Shown here piece by piece: positions 39,849-49,376 of a stretch of 64,000 bases of DNA. Below the pieces are notes generated by a model. The model searched no databases, was not told the origin of the DNA, and worked only from the letters and a program-made list of their open reading frames with translations. This stretch comes from Planctomycetota bacterium (lineage in GTDB: Bacteria > Planctomycetota > UBA1135 > UBA2386): contig OZ245838.1 of the NCBI GenBank assembly GCA_965228735.1, forward strand, positions 6,304,001 to 6,368,000. The letters are read 5' to 3'. The stretch's first letter is position 1. Each line of letters opens with the position of its first letter. The position numbers and the translations under genes are program-made.

Positions 39849-41264
39849 ATGACCGACCACCGATTCTCCGTTCGATTCTCGACGTTCGCTCTCGCCCTCG
39901 CGGCGCCCCTTGCCGCCCAGTGGGGTGAGCAGACCCCGGCCAGCGCGCCGTCCGCGCGCTCGGGTCACGGCATGTGCTTCGACGGCAGTCAGGCGCTGCT
40001 CGTTGGCGGCTCCGCCGGCTTCTCGACCAGCAACGAACTCTGGTCCTACGACGGTGCCAACTGGTCGGCCCTCGCCGCGTTGCCGAACGCTGGCGGCGTG
40101 ACCGGTGTCGAGCTGGTCTACGACTCCCTGCGCGGTGTCGCGGTGCTCTACGGCGGTCTCAACACCTCGTTCTTCGGCGGCCCGTCGATCGACGAGACCT
40201 GGGAGTTCGACGGGGTCAACTGGACGCAGAACCTCACCGCGACGACGACGCCCGGCGGCCTCGGCATCTACGGCGCCTGCTTCGACTCGACGCGGAACGT
40301 GATGGTCCTCTACGGCGGCAGCGCCGACTCGTTCTTCCCGATCGCCTCCGCGGCGCACTGGGAGTACGACGGCACGAGCTGGACCCAGGTCAGCGCCGCC
40401 GCGACGCCGGGCCCGCTCGAGCGCCCCGCGATGTGCTACCACGCCGGCGGCGGCGTGACCGTGATGTTCGGCGGCATCGACCCGCAGACCGGCGGGGTCG
40501 ACACGACCTGGCTGTACGACGGGGCGACCTGGCAGGCGGCGGGCGTGGCCGGGGCGCGGCCCGTCGAGCGCACGGGCTGCAAGATGGCCTACGACTCCGT
40601 TCGCGAGGTGTGCGTGCTGAGCGGCGGCATGAACCCGATGAACGGCCAGCCGATCGTCGACACCTGGGAGCTCGCGTTCGACGCGGGGACCACGACCTGG
40701 ACCTGGACGCAGGTGCCGACGAGCACGACGCCGCATCGCGACGGCGCGATGACGTTCCTCCCGGGCATCCGGCAGGTCGTCGAGTTCGGCGGCATCGATC
40801 CCGCGACGTTCTCGGATTCGGGCGCGACCTGGCACTACGGTGCGAAGGTCAGCACGTACGGCGCGGGCTGCGCCGGCACGTTCGGGGTCCCGAGCCTGAC
40901 GGCCGCCGACGCCCCGCGCCTCGGATTCGACTACGCCGTTACCCTCGGCAACCTCGATCCGGCCGCGACCATCGCGGCGTTCGTCATCGGTCTGTCGGAT
41001 CAGACGAGCACGTTCGGGGCGCTGCCGTTCGATCTCAGCGGTGCCGGCATGACGGGCTGCTCCCTGCTCGTGAGCAACGATGTCTCGGTGTTCATCGGCA
41101 CGGATCCTTCGGTGCCGGGCACGGCGACGCTGACGACCGCGCTGCCGAGCGACGTCACGTTCCTCGGGCTGCCGTGGTTCCACCAGGGCCTGTCACTCGA
41201 CTTCGCGGCCAACGCAGCCGGGCTGACGATCTCCAACGCCGTGGCGAGCACGGTCGGCAACTGA
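39849..41264 (+). CDS. Secreted Kelch-type beta-propeller with shared C-terminal domain
   Basis: Signal PLAA|QW; repeats M.YD......V.(F/Y)GG...DTW.YDG..W; YGAGCAG...SNAVASTVGN. Confidence 0.87.
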   Translation: MTDHRFSVRFSTFALALAAPLAAQWGEQTPASAPSARSGHGMCFDGSQALLVGGSAGFSTSNELWSYDGANWSALAALPNAGGVTGVELVYDSLRGVAVLYGGLNTSFFGGPSIDETWEFDGVNWTQNLTATTTPGGLGIYGACFDSTRNVMVLYGGSADSFFPIASAAHWEYDGTSWTQVSAAATPGPLERPAMCYHAGGGVTVMFGGIDPQTGGVDTTWLYDGATWQAAGVAGARPVERTGCKMAYDSVREVCVLSGGMNPMNGQPIVDTWELAFDAGTTTWTWTQVPTSTTPHRDGAMTFLPGIRQVVEFGGIDPATFSDSGATWHYGAKVSTYGAGCAGTFGVPSLTAADAPRLGFDYAVTLGNLDPAATIAAFVIGLSDQTSTFGALPFDLSGAGMTGCSLLVSNDVSVFIGTDPSVPGTATLTTALPSDVTFLGLPWFHQGLSLDFAANAAGLTISNAVASTVGN

Positions 41265-41266
41265 TC

Positions 41267-42640
41267 ATGCGCCGGGCTCTGGTTCTGCTCACGGCATCGC
41301 TCGCGTCGACATCGCTACCAGCCCAATGGGGAGCGGTGTCGACGACGGGCACTCCGGCTCCGCGCTCGGACGCGCTCCTCGCCTACGACCTGCCGAACCA
41401 GCGCATGCTGTTGTTCGGCGGGAACTGGAGCAACGACTTCTACAGCCTGCAGAACGGCGTCTACACCGCGCTGACGCCGGCGTCACTGCCGGGAGCGCGG
41501 ACTCGCGCCGCGATCGCGGTCGACTCCATCCTCGGCACCGTGGTGCTGTACGGCGGCGACGGGGGCGGAAGCCAGCTCGCGCTCGACGAAACGTGGCTCT
41601 GGAACGGGACCGACTGGCAGTTGCTGCAGACGACGGTCTCGCCGGGCGGTCTGGCGCGTCACTGCATGGCGTTCGACGTGGCTCGGCAGGAGACCGTGCT
41701 GTTCGGTGGTCGCCAGAACAGCTGGAACAGCACCCAGGCCTTCGGCGACACGTGGGTGTTCGACGGCACGGACTGGGCGATGGCGACGCCGCTGAACTCG
41801 CCGCCAGCGCGCCTGAACGCCGCGTTGGCGTATCACCCGGCGCTCGGCGGGGTGATGCTCCATGGTGGCGAGGATCCGCAGAGTGGTGCGCTGGGTGACT
41901 CCTGGTGGTTCGATGGCCTCGATTGGACGCAGCTGCCGACGACCGGGAACCAACCCTCACCGCGGAGCAAGGCCAACCTCGTGCCGATCCTCGGGCGCGC
42001 GGTGGTCGTGCTCCACGGCGGTGAAGATCCGACGACCCTCCAGATCCAGAACGACACCTGGGAGCACGACGGTTCGAGTTGGCGTCGCGTCGACAACGTC
42101 TACGGCGGCATCTACCCCGCGCGCCGCGGGGCCGCGGTGGCGCACGACTTCGCGCTGGACCGCCTCGTGGCGGTCGGCGGCAAGCTCGCCAACGGATCGT
42201 TGCGGAACGACACCTGGGAATACGGGGCGCAGTGGCAGCGGTTCGGAACCGGCTGCCCGGGCTCGAACGGCCGGCCGGACCTCGCCGGCGGCTCGCTGCC
42301 GCGGCTGGGGTTCACGTGCACGGCGGCGGTGACCAACCTGCCGCCCAGTGCGGGGGCAGCGATCATGACGGTCGGGCTCTCGCGCCAGCAGTGGGCCTTC
42401 GGTTCGCTGCCGATGCTCCTCGACCCGTTCGGCATGACGGGTTGCCGCGCCTACGCCAGCGCCGAGGTCGCGACTGCGGTCGCGGCGGTGGCCGGGGTCG
42501 CGAACTGGAGCTGGGCCGTGCCGAGCGATCCCGCGTTCGTCGGGCAGCCGTTCCATCTGCAGGCGATCGTCGTCGACCCGGCGGCCAACGCTGCCGGCGC
42601 GACCGTCTCCAACGCCGCCACGATGGTCGTCGGTTGGTAG
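41267..42640 (+). CDS. Secreted Kelch-type beta-propeller paralog with shared C-terminal domain
   Basis: ATG 2 nt after the upstream stop; signal SLPA|QW; same repeats; FGTGCPG...QAIVVDPAANAAGATVSNA. Confidence 0.87.
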   Translation: MRRALVLLTASLASTSLPAQWGAVSTTGTPAPRSDALLAYDLPNQRMLLFGGNWSNDFYSLQNGVYTALTPASLPGARTRAAIAVDSILGTVVLYGGDGGGSQLALDETWLWNGTDWQLLQTTVSPGGLARHCMAFDVARQETVLFGGRQNSWNSTQAFGDTWVFDGTDWAMATPLNSPPARLNAALAYHPALGGVMLHGGEDPQSGALGDSWWFDGLDWTQLPTTGNQPSPRSKANLVPILGRAVVVLHGGEDPTTLQIQNDTWEHDGSSWRRVDNVYGGIYPARRGAAVAHDFALDRLVAVGGKLANGSLRNDTWEYGAQWQRFGTGCPGSNGRPDLAGGSLPRLGFTCTAAVTNLPPSAGAAIMTVGLSRQQWAFGSLPMLLDPFGMTGCRAYASAEVATAVAAVAGVANWSWAVPSDPAFVGQPFHLQAIVVDPAANAAGATVSNAATMVVGW

Positions 42641-42671
42641 GTCGGTGCTCGCTCGCCGAGCGCGGCCGCGC

Positions 42672-43118
42672 TCAGTCGAGCGACGCGAGGAACTGCGCCT
42701 TCCAGTGGTAGCCGTCGAGCAGCGTCTCGTCGTCGTCGCCGAGCAGGCGGCGGGCGAGGTAGAGCGCTTCGACCGATGCGAGGCCGCCGGCCGGGTCCTC
42801 GAAGGTCTGGCTCACGCGTGGATACGCGGTGACGACGTCGCCGGGGATCGAGCGCCGCACGGGTTCGCCATCGAGGCACTCGAACAGCTGCGGCAGCCAG
42901 CGCCACGTCGAGTCGAGCAGGAGCAGCGGGCGGCCCGCGTCCGCGGTCGACAGCGGTGGCGCGTCCACGGCGAGGATCGTGTAGCCCGTCGCGTCGAAGC
43001 GGAACGCCTTCGTCGCCTTGAGGAACGTCATCTCCGGGCGGTCGTGCAGGAAGCGCAGCGAACACTTGCTGATCCGCTCGCGCGGGTGGCGGATGACCGT
43101 CGTCGGGATCGATGTCAC
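42672..43118 (-). CDS. Tsr3/DTW (TDD superfamily)-like putative RNA aminocarboxypropyltransferase
   Basis: H..E...KCS, LS.AD, LLDSTW, RS.P....AYPR, LASVEAL, LL..Y.W...FL; GTG overlaps the GT9 stop. Confidence 0.7.
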   Translation of the reverse strand: MTSIPTTVIRHPRERISKCSLRFLHDRPEMTFLKATKAFRFDATGYTILAVDAPPLSTADAGRPLLLLDSTWRWLPQLFECLDGEPVRRSIPGDVVTAYPRVSQTFEDPAGGLASVEALYLARRLLGDDDETLLDGYHWKAQFLASLD

Positions 43119-44191
43119 GACGGCGCCTCCGCGCGCGGCGCTCCGAGCTGGCGCAGGACGGCGGCCTCGACTTTGCCGGTGTCGATGCCGAGAACGCACT
43201 GCGGGCTCACGCAGTCGCGCCGCGTGCACGGGCGGCACGGGACGTCGTGGCAGAGCACTTCGTGCTGAATCGGGCCCTTCGAGTCGCGGCCGTGCGAGCG
43301 CGGACCGTAGCGGGCGGTGTCCTTGGGGCCGAAGAGCGCGACGCAACGCGTCCCGGCGAGGGCTGCGAGGTGCAGCGGGCCGGTGTCGGCCGCGACCATG
43401 ACGTCGCACTCACCGAGCACGCCGGTCAGGCCGCGCAGTCCGAGCGAGGTGCCGTCGACGGCGCGGACGCGGTCGCGCTCGAGGAGCGGTGCCGCGAGCT
43501 CACGTTCGCCGGGGCCGAAACCGACCGCGACACCGAGCCCGCGGTCGAGCAGGCGCCCGGCGAGATCGACGAACTTGTCGATCGGCCAACGCTTGAACGG
43601 CGCGAACGCCGACGTGCCCGGGAACAGCATGACGAGCGGTCGCGTGACGCCGGCCAGCAGGTCGGGCGGCGGCGGGGTCGCGGCGAGCGTCGGCGCGGCT
43701 GGCTGCCCCGACAGTCCGATCGCGGCCAGGAGTCGATGGCCGATGTCGGCGCGATGCTGCGGTGTGCCCGGCATCGGCACGCGGCGAGTGAACACCCGCT
43801 CGGCGCCCTCGCGCGCGGTCGGCGCGTCCGGCCCGATCTTGTGCGTGGCGCGCACGCACCGCACGTGCAGCGCGCTCTTCTGGATCGCGTGCAGGTCGAG
43901 CAGCACGTCGTAGCGCGGGCGGCGGCGCAGACGCAGCAGGCTGCCCGGGATTCGCAGGCGATGGCGCCGCGGGTAGACGAGGACCTCGTCGATCTGCGGA
44001 TGGTCCGCGAGCAGGCTCGCGAAGCGATCCTCGACGAGGAAGTCGATCGTGACATCCGGTCGTTCGCGTCGCAGCGCCGCGACCGTCTCGAGCGCGAACA
44101 GCACGTCGCCGAGCGCCGATAGCCGCACGACGAGCACGCGCCCGCCGGGCGGGAGTATCCGTGCCGCGGGCAATCCGTCGTCGCTGGCCAT
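43115..44191 (-). CDS. GT9 glycosyltransferase (LPS heptosyltransferase WaaC/WaaF family)
   Basis: [19 protein letters not shown]....KRWP...[11 protein letters not shown]...VALFGP. Confidence 0.92.
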   Translation of the reverse strand: MASDDGLPAARILPPGGRVLVVRLSALGDVLFALETVAALRRERPDVTIDFLVEDRFASLLADHPQIDEVLVYPRRHRLRIPGSLLRLRRRPRYDVLLDLHAIQKSALHVRCVRATHKIGPDAPTAREGAERVFTRRVPMPGTPQHRADIGHRLLAAIGLSGQPAAPTLAATPPPPDLLAGVTRPLVMLFPGTSAFAPFKRWPIDKFVDLAGRLLDRGLGVAVGFGPGERELAAPLLERDRVRAVDGTSLGLRGLTGVLGECDVMVAADTGPLHLAALAGTRCVALFGPKDTARYGPRSHGRDSKGPIQHEVLCHDVPCRPCTRRDCVSPQCVLGIDTGKVEAAVLRQLGAPRAEAPS

Positions 44192-44463
44192 GGCGGTGCG
44201 AGCATTGGGCATCGCCGAGGCGTGTTCCAGCCCAATCAGCTGCCGGCAGCGTCGCTCCCACCGCCGGATGTCGACCGCGAGCCGCCTCGTGTTGGTGAAC
44301 TGCGGGTCAGGTCGGCTCCCTGCGCGGTCGCGGTCGAGGTGGCGAGCTTGCGGTGGCGGGGAACCTGACCGAATCCGGGGTGGGAACTCGAGTCGGGAAC
44401 AGGAGGTCGTTCGGAGAAACCCCCGCGCTGTGTTCTGGCCTGGCCTTACGCTGATGGCCACCA

Positions 44464-45276
44464 ATGAGCGCTCCGGACGGATTCATCGAAGTGCGCCAGG
44501 GATCGGCGTTCGGCTGGCTGCGTAGCGACGTGGCGGGCCTCGGGCTCGACCCGTTCTGGGCCACGCCGGAGCCGCTGCCCGGTGCGAAGGGGCGCGGCGG
44601 GGTCGGCGTGCTCGAACTGCCCGAGCACGAGGTCGTCGTGCGGCCGTGCCGGCGTGGCGGCGCGCTCGGGTCGTTGCTCAAGGACCGCTACGCGTCGGCC
44701 AACCGCGTGCGCAGCGAGATCGAGGTCTTGCTCGCTCTGCGAAACGAGGGGGTGCCGACGGTCGCCCCGATCGCCGCGGTGGGCAAGCGGCACGGCGCGT
44801 TCTGGCGGTTGCGCATGTGCACGGAGCGCGTCCCTGACGCCGAGGCGTTGCCCGCGTTCCTCGCGCGCGAACCCGATGCGCGGCGGCGCACGGCGGAAGC
44901 GGTCGGCACGTTGCTCAAGCTCGCGTTCGCCGCGGGATTGCAACACCCGGACCTGCATCTCGACAACATCCTGTGCAGCAGGCGCGGCGAGCGCGTGCGC
45001 GCCGTTCTCGTCGACCTCGACCGCGCGCGCGTCAAGCCGCCGCTCGAGCAGCGGGACACCGACGCGATGCTCGTTCGCATGGCGCGCTACGTCGTGCGCC
45101 ACAAGGGCCGGATGGCCGCGGTGCCGACGCGGGCCGAAGAACTGCGACTGCTGCGTGCGCTCGGCCTCTCGCGTGCCGATCGGAAGACGACCTACGCGCG
45201 CCTGCGCCAGAAGCTGCAGCGGTCGCTGAAGAACCGCAGCTGGCTGCGCTCGAAGACGGCAACGGCGGCAGAGTAG
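44464..45276 (+). CDS. LPS kinase (Kdo/WaaP/InaA family; KdkA-like)
   Basis: GRGG, RRGG......DRY, R...E, HPDLHLDNIL, LVDLDR. Confidence 0.85.
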   Translation: MSAPDGFIEVRQGSAFGWLRSDVAGLGLDPFWATPEPLPGAKGRGGVGVLELPEHEVVVRPCRRGGALGSLLKDRYASANRVRSEIEVLLALRNEGVPTVAPIAAVGKRHGAFWRLRMCTERVPDAEALPAFLAREPDARRRTAEAVGTLLKLAFAAGLQHPDLHLDNILCSRRGERVRAVLVDLDRARVKPPLEQRDTDAMLVRMARYVVRHKGRMAAVPTRAEELRLLRALGLSRADRKTTYARLRQKLQRSLKNRSWLRSKTATAAE

Positions 45277-45289
45277 GCCCGGACGGCGG

Positions 45290-46384
45290 TCAGCTGCCGG
45301 CGGTCTTCAATTCACGGTCGGCGAGTGAGCGCAGGTAGTCGGCGCGGGTGCGCAGGGCTTTGCGTTCGCCTTCGACGACCTCGAGCGAGTTGCGGATCGC
45401 GTCGTCGATCTCGGTCATGAACGTCGCGCGGTCGCCCATCGCCACGAGGCGCTCGCGGAACTTCGGGACGTCGTAGTCGCACTGCATCCAGAGCCAGCGC
45501 GAGCGGCGGATCAGCGGTTCGTATCTCGCGTCGATGATCGGATCGGCCACGACGTAGGTGGCGGCGGCCGCGAGCACCAGCGAGCGGTAGACGCGGTGCT
45601 CCTGGAAGCCCTCGCGGATCTTCTGGTAGAGGCGGGTGCGCCGGCGATCGGGGGGGATCGGTGACCGAAACGAGCGCGTGTGGCGCACGTGCCGCGCGAA
45701 CGCGATCGCGTCGGTGTCCGGGACCTCGACGATCTTGCCGGAGTTCCACGCTGCGAACATCGTGACGCCCTCGTAGACCCCGCCGATCCGGTCGGCGTAG
45801 AGGTGGCCGAAGAACTCGGCGAGCGGGCGCTGGGCGGCGTCGTGGTCCAGATCCCGGACGATCTGGGCGATTGCCTGATCCGCGCCGGGCAGGTAGCCCC
45901 GGACGTAGTTCTCGAACCGCTCCGCGTCGCTGAGGCTGTCCCGCACGCGAACCACCTTGCCGGTGCGCCAGTCGTAGACCACGCGCGCATGCAGGTCGGG
46001 CAGGAACTCGATCTCGGCCATCCCGGCGGTGCCCTGCCGGTGCCTGCTGCTGCCCGCCGTCACGCGCGACCGCTGCTTCGCGACCGGCGCGTAGTCGGCG
46101 GTGTCATAGAACGGGATCTGCTCCTGCTCGGGGTAGCTGCGGATGCCGCGCTCGAACATGAACACGCGGCGCAGGACGGCATCGCTGTGGCGCTGCAGCC
46201 GCCGCTCCATGTTGCGCACGACGGTGTTCTGGCGGTCGCGATCGAGTTGTCCGAAGCGTTGGATCAGGTCCGCGGCCGCGGGCGGCGGCGCGTCCTGGGT
46301 ACGGAGGGCCGCAGGGGCGGCGGTGAGCGCGATGGTGCCCGCGGCGACGATGCGGAGCGCGCGGCCGTTCGTGGTGCCGTTCAT
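45290..46384 (-). CDS. Secreted hypothetical protein
   Basis: Signal-like N-terminus, coupled to the upstream deacylase by an ATGA overlap; charged/aromatic core HLYADR.G.VY.G.T.F.AW.SG..VEVPD.DAIAF. Confidence 0.75.
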   Translation of the reverse strand: MNGTTNGRALRIVAAGTIALTAAPAALRTQDAPPPAAADLIQRFGQLDRDRQNTVVRNMERRLQRHSDAVLRRVFMFERGIRSYPEQEQIPFYDTADYAPVAKQRSRVTAGSSRHRQGTAGMAEIEFLPDLHARVVYDWRTGKVVRVRDSLSDAERFENYVRGYLPGADQAIAQIVRDLDHDAAQRPLAEFFGHLYADRIGGVYEGVTMFAAWNSGKIVEVPDTDAIAFARHVRHTRSFRSPIPPDRRRTRLYQKIREGFQEHRVYRSLVLAAAATYVVADPIIDARYEPLIRRSRWLWMQCDYDVPKFRERLVAMGDRATFMTEIDDAIRNSLEVVEGERKALRTRADYLRSLADRELKTAGS

Positions 46385-48036
46385 CGATCGCTCGATGCCG
46401 TTCCGGGACGACGCAGCACCATGCCGGCGCGTAACCCGGTGAGCTTGCCGTCGCTGACTGCGAGCTGGCCGTTCACGAACACGTGCGCGATGCCGACCGG
46501 CGGTTCGATCGGAGCCTGGAACGTCGCCATGTCGCGCACCTTCTCGGGGTCGAACACGACGAGGTCCGCGAACGCGCCGACCCGCAACGCGCCGCGGTCG
46601 TGCAGCCCGAAGATCGCAGCCGGCAGCGACGACATCTTGTGGACCGCCGTCGCGAGGTCGATCACGCTGCGGTCGCGCACGAAGCGGGCGAGCACCCGCG
46701 CATTGTTGCCGGCGCCGCGCGGGTGGGGGCGCGACGTGCCGGACAGGCTCCGCACCCCGGCGTCGCTCGCGACCGCGATCCAGTCCTGCTGCATGTAGGC
46801 GTCGACGTCCCGGTCCGCCATCACGTGGTAGACCATGCTGACGCGGCTCGGCGCGGCGTCGCAGAACAGCTTGATCGCGAGGTCGGCCTGGCGTTCACGG
46901 CTGCCCTCGCCGAACTCGATCGCAGCGGCCTCGGGGATGAGCTTGCCGTTCAGCTTCGCGTTGCCGCGCGCGGACGCGATGCGGCAGTACGAGAAGTCGC
47001 CGAAACCGACGCGGTCCATCTTCTGCAGCAGGCCGGCGTGGATCCGGGCGCGATACTCCTGGTCCGACGCCAGCTTCCGCGCGAACTCCTCACGGCCGAC
47101 GTCGAGCTCCGCGGTCGGGAACAGCACGTCGAGGCCGGTCGACGACGCCGCGTAGGCGTATTGGTCGGCCGTGACCCGAACGCCCTTGGCGCGGGCTCGG
47201 CGCAGCATCTCGAGCATCTCGGTCGACCGGCCGTGGTTCTTCTTGCCGCTGTTCTTGATGTGCGAGATGTGGACCGCGCAGTCGGCGGCCTCGCCGATCG
47301 CGAGCGCCTCCTCGATCGCCGTCGTCATGTGGTCGTTCTCGTTTCGCATGTGCGAGACGTAGAAGCCGCCGGCTGCGCTGGCGATCTTCGCGAGCGCCGC
47401 GATCTCCTCGGTCTTGGCGTAGGTGCCGGGCACGTAGATCAGGCCCGTCGACAGTCCGAACGCGCCGGCGTCCATGGCGCGCTGCACGAGGCCCTGCATG
47501 CGTTCGAGTTCGGCGGGGTTCGGCGCCCGGTCCGCGGTCCCGAGCACGGCCCGGCGCACGGTGGCGTGGCCCACCAGGCTGCCGTAGTTGATGCCGATGC
47601 CGCCGCGCTCGATGCGATCGTAGTGCTTCGCGAGATCCTGCACGGACGAGCCGCAGTTGCCGGTGATGAGCGTCGTGACGCCCATGAGCAGGAAGTTGCG
47701 GCAATGCGCCCGTCGGATCACCTGCGCGTCGGCGTGGCCGTGCACATCGACGAACCCGGGGGCGACGTGCAAGCCGTTGAGGTGCAGCAGCGGGGTGCCG
47801 GGCGGCACGTCGAACTCGCCGATCGCCGCGATGCGGCCGTCTCGGATCCCCAGGTCGCCGCTTGCGATCGTGCGCGCGATGCCGTCGATCAGCTTGCCGC
47901 CCTTCAGCACCAGGTCGAACCGCAACGGTTCGGCCTGGGCCAGCAGCGGCGCGGCCATCACGGCGAGTGCGACCGCCAGCAGCCGCACGAGCCCGGTCTG
48001 TCGATTGGTGGCGCAGCGCCGCTTCTCGGTGTGCAT
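46381..48036 (-). CDS. N-acyl-D-amino-acid deacylase (amidohydrolase), exported
   Basis: APGFVDVHGH, GVTT...GNCG, GLSTGL.Y.PG, SHMRNE, HISH.K, ASD, PHPR..G, G.L..G..ADLVVFD. Confidence 0.9.
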   Translation of the reverse strand: MHTEKRRCATNRQTGLVRLLAVALAVMAAPLLAQAEPLRFDLVLKGGKLIDGIARTIASGDLGIRDGRIAAIGEFDVPPGTPLLHLNGLHVAPGFVDVHGHADAQVIRRAHCRNFLLMGVTTLITGNCGSSVQDLAKHYDRIERGGIGINYGSLVGHATVRRAVLGTADRAPNPAELERMQGLVQRAMDAGAFGLSTGLIYVPGTYAKTEEIAALAKIASAAGGFYVSHMRNENDHMTTAIEEALAIGEAADCAVHISHIKNSGKKNHGRSTEMLEMLRRARAKGVRVTADQYAYAASSTGLDVLFPTAELDVGREEFARKLASDQEYRARIHAGLLQKMDRVGFGDFSYCRIASARGNAKLNGKLIPEAAAIEFGEGSRERQADLAIKLFCDAAPSRVSMVYHVMADRDVDAYMQQDWIAVASDAGVRSLSGTSRPHPRGAGNNARVLARFVRDRSVIDLATAVHKMSSLPAAIFGLHDRGALRVGAFADLVVFDPEKVRDMATFQAPIEPPVGIAHVFVNGQLAVSDGKLTGLRAGMVLRRPGTASSDR

Positions 48037-48123
48037 CGCGGCAGGGTAGCCGGGGCGGGCCTCAAGTCGACACCCCCGCCGCCTCGATAGCCCCGGTGAC
48101 GCCGATGATACGGCGCGCAGTCC

Positions 48124-49353
48124 ATGAGCGATCCCGTCCTCACCGCGATGGTCTCGACCTACGCCAGCGAGCGCTACCTCGCGGGGTGCCTCGACAGTCT
48201 GCTCGAGCAGACGATCGCGGACCGGATCGAGATCGTCGTCGTCGATGCCTGCTCGCCGGAGCGGGAAGGCGAGATCGTGCGTGCCTATCAGCAGCGGCAC
48301 CCCGGCATCCGTTACGTCAGGGCGGCAGAACGCGAGAACACGTCGCGGTCGTTCGACCGAGCCACCGCCATGGCGCGCGGGCGCTACCTCACGACGGCGA
48401 ACGCGGACGATCGCCATCATCCTGATCTCGCGCGCGTCCTGACGACCGCGCTCGACCAGCACGCCGACGTCGGCATCGTCTACGCCGACTCGCTCGTCAC
48501 CCACGGGGACAACGAGACGTTCGCGGTCAACTCGGCGAACAAGCTCTACGCCTGGCCCGACTACACGCCTACGACGGCGCTGTCGTGTTGCCTGTTCGGC
48601 GCGCAGCCGGTCTGGCGGCGGGCCGCCCACGAGCTCGTCGGGGGCTGGAACCCGGACTACCGGTATGCGAACGACCAGGACATGTTCCTGCGCATCGCGT
48701 TCGCCTGTGGCGCGCTGCACGTGCGTGAATCGCTCGGCCTGTTCCTCATGCGGTCCGACAGCGTGAGCGGCAGCGGCAGCCGCGAGCCGACGCTGCAGCA
48801 GGTGCTCGCGATCATGCGGCACTACCGCACCACGACTCCCCTCGAGGTCGTGTTCCCGCGGCTCGCGGAGACCGCGGCCGCGGATCTGCCGATGGCGACC
48901 GCCGCGGCGTTGTTCGAGCTCGGCAACCTCTGCGCGCTCGGGCCGTACACCGACGCTGCGCTGGCGCTGCAGTGCTACGACCGGGCCGCGCGTCTCGCCG
49001 TGCCGAGCGAACTGCTGCCGAGCGTCCGCGCCGGCTTCGCCAACAACAGCGGCGCGCTGCTCGCGTGTGCCGGCCTCGAGGAGCAGGCCGAACGCACGCT
49101 CGCCCTGGCCGGAACGCAACCGGCGGCGCGGCACAACGTCGAACGATTGCGGCAGGGCTCCGCCGCTGCGGCACCACCGCGACCGGGCGAGATGCGGTTC
49201 GTCTCGTTCGACCATCCGGTCGTGCAGGCCAGCCGCACCGCGGTCGGGATCGAACTCGGTCACCACGGTGAACCGGTGGTGGGCGAGCCGGCCGTGCGGT
49301 GCCCGTGGGACGTCTTCGACGGTCCCGCCGGCGTGCTGCGCCCGATCGCGTGA
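48124..49353 (+). CDS. GT2 family glycosyltransferase with TPR-like C-terminal part
   Basis: YL.GCLDSL..QT...EIVVVD.CS, ARG.Y....NADD, D.D.FLR. Confidence 0.88.
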   Translation: MSDPVLTAMVSTYASERYLAGCLDSLLEQTIADRIEIVVVDACSPEREGEIVRAYQQRHPGIRYVRAAERENTSRSFDRATAMARGRYLTTANADDRHHPDLARVLTTALDQHADVGIVYADSLVTHGDNETFAVNSANKLYAWPDYTPTTALSCCLFGAQPVWRRAAHELVGGWNPDYRYANDQDMFLRIAFACGALHVRESLGLFLMRSDSVSGSGSREPTLQQVLAIMRHYRTTTPLEVVFPRLAETAAADLPMATAAALFELGNLCALGPYTDAALALQCYDRAARLAVPSELLPSVRAGFANNSGALLACAGLEEQAERTLALAGTQPAARHNVERLRQGSAAAAPPRPGEMRFVSFDHPVVQASRTAVGIELGHHGEPVVGEPAVRCPWDVFDGPAGVLRPIA

Positions 49354-49376
49354 GAAATCGGTAGAGTGGCGGCGCC

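Noticed and set aside
44305..44370. Hairpin GGTCAGGT...ACCTGACC in the GT9/LPS-kinase divergent gap, considered as SRP RNA
   Set aside because: The SRP core (CAGG..GGAA..AGCAG) is absent; a single hairpin in GC-rich DNA is not enough.
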